A stretch of DNA of 64,000 nucleotides from Candidatus Cloacimonadota bacterium (lineage in GTDB: Bacteria; Cloacimonadota; Cloacimonadia; JGIOTU-2), in the NCBI GenBank assembly GCA_034722995.1, contig JAYEOL010000075.1:16924-80923 (forward strand). The letters run 5' to 3'. The notes beneath the pieces were generated by a model that saw only the letters and a program-made list of their open reading frames with translations, was not told the origin of the DNA and ran no database searches. Below, piece after piece: positions 60,540 to 64,000 of the stretch. Position 1 is the first letter of the stretch, and every line of letters starts with the position of its first letter. The translations under genes were made by a program, and so were the position numbers.

Positions 60540-60712
60540 ATTATTATTTAGAGTCTGTCCGTAAACTCGGATTTTTCGACTCGTAAGTTTACCCCGTAGG
60601 GAAGAATGACCATATCGGGGGAACGACGAGTCGAAATAAAGTGTGTAGTCAAGCCATCTCGAGTCGTCGTCGCAAGCTCCTTACAACTCGAAACAGCACT
60701 TTACGGATGGAC
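60540..60712. repeat. Structured GC-richer spacer inside the ABC operon (long-range stems CCGTAAACTCGG/CTTTACGG, TTTTTCGACTCG/CGAGTCGAAA)
   Basis: Complementary segments read directly. 183-bp spacer between ATPase and permease genes on the same strand. Confidence 0.45.
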
Positions 60713-60713
60713 A

Positions 60714-61670
60714 CTAATTAGTCTCCTCCCCTTTTTCTGTAAGCTGTCTGAAGATATCTTCTAAACTGCGCTGTTCTACTCTCATCTCAAACAATGTCCA
60801 ATCCTTTGACTTAATAAAATTATACAAATCTGGTCGTATGTCTATGTCCTTTGAGAAATTTACATAAAATTTGTATAAACTGTCCTCTTTACTATAAAGC
60901 TGAATACTATCAATATTTGGCAATGATTCAAATTCATCAATGAGCATTTTCGTATCTGCTTGAATCTCAAAATACACTCTATTCTGATTATGGAAAGAGT
61001 TCTGAATTTCAGCAAGGGGTCCATCAGCAACAATCTTCCCTTTATCTATAATTATTACTCTATCACAAGTAGCTTCAACCTCTCTTAGAATATGAGTAGA
61101 GATAAGTACTGTTTTTTCTCTTCCCAATCTTTTTATAAGTTCACGAATCTCAACAATTTGATTCGGATCCAGTCCTGTTGTTGGTTCATCTAAGATAAGG
61201 ATTTTAGGGTTATGAATCATTGCCGCAGCCAAACCAACCCTTTGCCTATATCCTTTTGATAGTTCGCCTATCTCCTTATGCACTACATCTTGAAGTCCAC
61301 AAGTTTGAATCATTTCCCTTACTCTTTTAAGAATAATATCTTTATCTATATCTCTCAATTCTGCTACAAATTTGAGAAAGTCAACAACATTCATTTCGCC
61401 ATACAATGGACAGCCTTCGGGCAAATAACCTATCTTCTTTCTTATCTCAATTGAACTTTGATATATATTCAAATCATCAATATAAACATTACCAGAATTG
61501 GGTGGCATAAAGCAAGTCATAATTTTCAGAGTAGTTGTTTTTCCCGCTCCATTGGGACCTAAAAATCCAACTATCTCACCTTTTGGAATCGTAAATGAAA
61601 TATTATCCACAGCTCTAAGCTGGCCATAATCTTTTGTTAGATTTTGAACCTTAATCATAGCCTTTCTCAC
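60714..61670 (-). CDS. ABC transporter ATP-binding protein (GldA-like)
   Basis: Walker A 'GPNGAGKTT', signature 'LSKGYRQRV', Walker B 'ILILDEPT'. Confidence 0.9.
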   Translation of the reverse strand: MRKAMIKVQNLTKDYGQLRAVDNISFTIPKGEIVGFLGPNGAGKTTTLKIMTCFMPPNSGNVYIDDLNIYQSSIEIRKKIGYLPEGCPLYGEMNVVDFLKFVAELRDIDKDIILKRVREMIQTCGLQDVVHKEIGELSKGYRQRVGLAAAMIHNPKILILDEPTTGLDPNQIVEIRELIKRLGREKTVLISTHILREVEATCDRVIIIDKGKIVADGPLAEIQNSFHNQNRVYFEIQADTKMLIDEFESLPNIDSIQLYSKEDSLYKFYVNFSKDIDIRPDLYNFIKSKDWTLFEMRVEQRSLEDIFRQLTEKGEETN

Positions 61671-61792
61671 TCTCTTTAAATTAAATGTTATTTAAATAAC
61701 AAATTGGTTCACTTTTTTCATAATAAGTAAAAAGCAAGTCAAGAAATTTTATAAATCTTGACATAAAATTTCTTGCATCAAACCAGATAACT

Positions 61793-62236
61793 ATGAAAAG
61801 AAAAATTTTGATTGTGAATGGTCCGAATCTCAATTTCTTAGGCAGAGAAGAGATGCGCATTTATGGCAAAGAGAGTCTGGCTGATTTAACTGCAATAATA
61901 TATCAATGGCTTGTTGAACAGGGATGGGCTGGAAGATTCTTTCAGAACAATAGCGAAGGAGAAATCATCAATTTTATTCAAGCAAATTCAGACTGGGCAG
62001 ATGGAATTGTAATTAATCCAGCAGCTTATTCACATACCAGTATTGCTATCTATGATTGTCTAAAATCAATAAGTATTCCTGCTATGGAGGTGCATCTTTC
62101 AGACATCTATCATAGAGAAGAATTTCGTCGCTCAAGTATAACTGGACTCGCTTGTAAAAAAGTAATTGCTGGAATGGGTGTTCAAGGTTATATTGAAGCA
62201 CTTGAAACTCTAAAAAACATATTTAATGAAAGATAA
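61793..62236 (+). CDS. aroQ: Type II 3-dehydroquinate dehydratase
   Basis: 'ILIVNGPNLNFLGREE', 'INPAAYSHTS', 'HLSDIYHREEFR'. Confidence 0.9.
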   Translation: MKRKILIVNGPNLNFLGREEMRIYGKESLADLTAIIYQWLVEQGWAGRFFQNNSEGEIINFIQANSDWADGIVINPAAYSHTSIAIYDCLKSISIPAMEVHLSDIYHREEFRRSSITGLACKKVIAGMGVQGYIEALETLKNIFNER

Positions 62237-62948
62237 TCCTGCGCCCAACCTTCTGACTATTTATAATCTGTTGTTAAAAAAATTCGGACAGCAGCATTGG
62301 TGGCCAGGTGATTCAAAAGAAGAGATAATTATCGGCGCAATTCTTACTCAAAATACAAATTGGAGAAATGTTGAAAAATCTATAGATAGATTAAAAACGA
62401 ATAATCTGATTAATTTCAATAATATAATAAAAGTTGATAATCAAAAATTAGCAAATATAATTCGTTCTTCTGGATATTATAATCAAAAATCAAAAAGATT
62501 AAAAACTATTGCTGATTTCTTCATAAAAAATCATTTGCTAACTCCTCAACATATTACAACCAACAGGTTCAGAGAAATGCTTCTTGATATTAAAGGAATT
62601 GGTGCAGAAACCGCTGATTCTATTTTGTTATATGCTTTTGACAGACCGATATTTGTGATTGATGCTTATACAAAAAGAATATTTAATAGATTAGGATTTT
62701 TAGATAAGAAAGCATCCTACAAAGCTTCACAAAATTTTTTCATGGAGAATCTTAATCCATCCGCAGGTTTCGCCCTTGGTAAAGATGAAAAACTTTTTAA
62801 TGAATTTCATGCCTTATTAGTAAAATTAGGCAAGGATATATGTAAAAAAAAACCTTTATGTCTACAATGCCCATTAAAAAGTGAATGCACCTACTTCAAT
62901 GACAATTCAAGTTACTCAAATTTTGCAGAAGATATAACAAAAAGTTAG
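62226..62948 (+). CDS. Endonuclease III-like HhH-GPD protein with 4Fe-4S loop
   Basis: 'IKGIGAETADSILLYAF' HhH motif, then 'VIDAYTKRI', C-terminal 'CKKKPLCLQCPLKSEC' (C-x6-C-x2-C-x5-C). Confidence 0.75.
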   Translation: MKDNPAPNLLTIYNLLLKKFGQQHWWPGDSKEEIIIGAILTQNTNWRNVEKSIDRLKTNNLINFNNIIKVDNQKLANIIRSSGYYNQKSKRLKTIADFFIKNHLLTPQHITTNRFREMLLDIKGIGAETADSILLYAFDRPIFVIDAYTKRIFNRLGFLDKKASYKASQNFFMENLNPSAGFALGKDEKLFNEFHALLVKLGKDICKKKPLCLQCPLKSECTYFNDNSSYSNFAEDITKS

Positions 62949-62950
62949 AT

Positions 62951-63155
62951 ATGATTTATTCAACTCGTCTCCCGATTTATCGGGAGCCGTAGCCAGATAA
63001 CTTCCATTCCTATGAAACTTGAATACCTAATTAGTCCCGACTTGTCGGGAAGAAATTAAATTAATCTTACTCAAACTTCGCATGAGATATTATAAAAAGT
63101 TAATTATGATTTATTCAACTCGTCTCCCGATTTATCGGGAGCCGTAGCCAAATAA
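62951..63155. repeat. Two direct copies (~50 bp; 62951-63000 and 63106-63155) of ATGATTTATTCAACTCGTCTCCCGATTTATCGGGAGCCGTAGCCA(G/A)ATAA, with a third hairpin AGTCCCGACTTGTCGGGAAG between them
   Basis: Read directly. They contain the CCCGAT-TTA-ATCGGG hairpin module of the dispersed family. Confidence 0.8.
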
Positions 63156-63214
63156 TTTACACCTCTGTGAAACATGAGCAATTTATAAAATTTATTAGAT
63201 AGATAAATTTAAAA

Positions 63215-64000
63215 ATGTTTTCTACTGATAATAAACATAACAGAAAGAAAAGGCATATTTTTGTTGTTTCAGATGCAACTGCTTCTACCTGCGAAATGGT
63301 TGTAAAAGCAGCTCTCAGTCAATTTAAAACTACTGATGTTACTCTTCATACATTAAGATATGTTCGTACAGAAACAGAGGTTAAATATGTAGTATCTGAA
63401 GCAATGGCAGTAAATGGTATCATTGCATATACTTTAGTTTCACCTGAGTTGTGCAATATTATTAATGATGAAGGGAGAAAATCTGCTGTGCCTACAATTG
63501 ATGTTTTAGGTCCTTTATTGAACCGCCTTACTGATTATCTTGAAATTTCACCAATGGCAATACCCGGTTTATTCAAACATCTGGATAAAGACTATTTTCA
63601 ACGGATTGAATGTATTGACTTTGCTGTCAAACACGATGATGGACGAAAAATTGAAGATATTTCCAGTGCAGAACTGGTTCTGGTAGGACCCAGTCGGACA
63701 TCAAAAACTCCCATAAGTATTTACCTCGCATATAGAGATTATTTGGTTGCCAATGTTCCGATAATTCACGGCATAGAAACTCCAAAAGAACTCTTTGAAA
63801 TTAATCCAAAGAACATAATTGGACTTTATGTTTCTCCTGATCGCTTAAAAACTATCCGAAAAGTCCGTGCCTCACGATATCCATATATTGAACTCGCAGA
63901 ATACACTGATTTAGAAAAAATTAGGTTAGAAATTAAAAATTGTATGAAGTTGTATACTCAAAATAAATGGCATATAGTTGATGTTACTGCTAAATCCATT
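63215..64000 (+). CDS. Pyruvate-phosphate dikinase / PEP synthase regulatory protein (PDRP, DUF299); 3' end runs off window
   Basis: 'LVLVGPSRTSKTPISIYLA' P-loop characteristic of the kinase/pyrophosphorylase family. No stop codon before the window end. Confidence 0.8.
   Translation, partial: MFSTDNKHNRKKRHIFVVSDATASTCEMVVKAALSQFKTTDVTLHTLRYVRTETEVKYVVSEAMAVNGIIAYTLVSPELCNIINDEGRKSAVPTIDVLGPLLNRLTDYLEISPMAIPGLFKHLDKDYFQRIECIDFAVKHDDGRKIEDISSAELVLVGPSRTSKTPISIYLAYRDYLVANVPIIHGIETPKELFEINPKNIIGLYVSPDRLKTIRKVRASRYPYIELAEYTDLEKIRLEIKNCMKLYTQNKWHIVDVTAKSI

Noticed and set aside
1-64000. Integrase/transposase/prophage genes explaining the accessory blocks
   Set aside because: No tyrosine or serine recombinase, DDE transposase or phage structural gene motifs were recognised. 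Only an ORF6N gene and non-autonomous MITE-like elements are present.

Overview
This 64-kb window is AT-rich (roughly 30% GC by eye) and looks like chromosomal DNA from an FCB-group bacterium. The evidence for that placement is a cargo protein with a type IX secretion (T9SS) C-terminal sorting domain and a gldA/gldF/gldG-like ABC transporter cluster. I infer the organism is something like Cloacimonadota or Bacteroidota, but I cannot prove it from sequence alone.

Housekeeping genes are interleaved with accessory material: murJ, htrA, rnhB, pdxA, glyQ, alaS, accB-accC-accDA, aroQ, and tRNA-Phe, tRNA-Glu and tRNA-Lys.

The accessory content I can support is:
- Left edge: a very large AddA/UvrD-like helicase-nuclease (>1500 aa) that runs off the window, then a DUF559 endonuclease flanked by two copies of a MITE-like hairpin element, then an MmeI-like type IIG R-M enzyme.
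- Two AbiEi/AbiEii-type toxin-antitoxin loci. One sits between a Na/Pi cotransporter gene and its PhoU-domain partner.
- Two further MTase + putative REase pairs. One MTase carries a RadC-like N-terminal HhH domain and sits beside a PII (GlnB-like) protein and an ORF6N phage-type gene.
- A 5.2-kb block (41.0-46.2 kb) of much higher GC encoding a histidine kinase, a response regulator, two TrkA proteins and TrkH. I read this as a horizontally acquired K+-uptake module.
- Tandem paralogous lipoprotein genes whose C-terminal halves are near-identical at the DNA level.

Two short-repeat families are unusually prominent. The first is a 9-bp tandem repeat (GGTTGAACT / GGTTAAACT) that fills both spacers of the acc operon and also occurs in-frame inside the helicase gene. 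The second is a dispersed family of GC-rich hairpin modules (CCCGAT-N3-ATCGGG, CCGCCAG...CTGGCGG). These pile up in a 350-bp structured region next to tRNA-Phe and recur at six or more other intergenic sites, one of them bounded by 25-bp terminal inverted repeats.

I saw no CRISPR array, rRNA, integrase or transposase. All functional calls come from motifs I recognised by eye. I ran no database searches.
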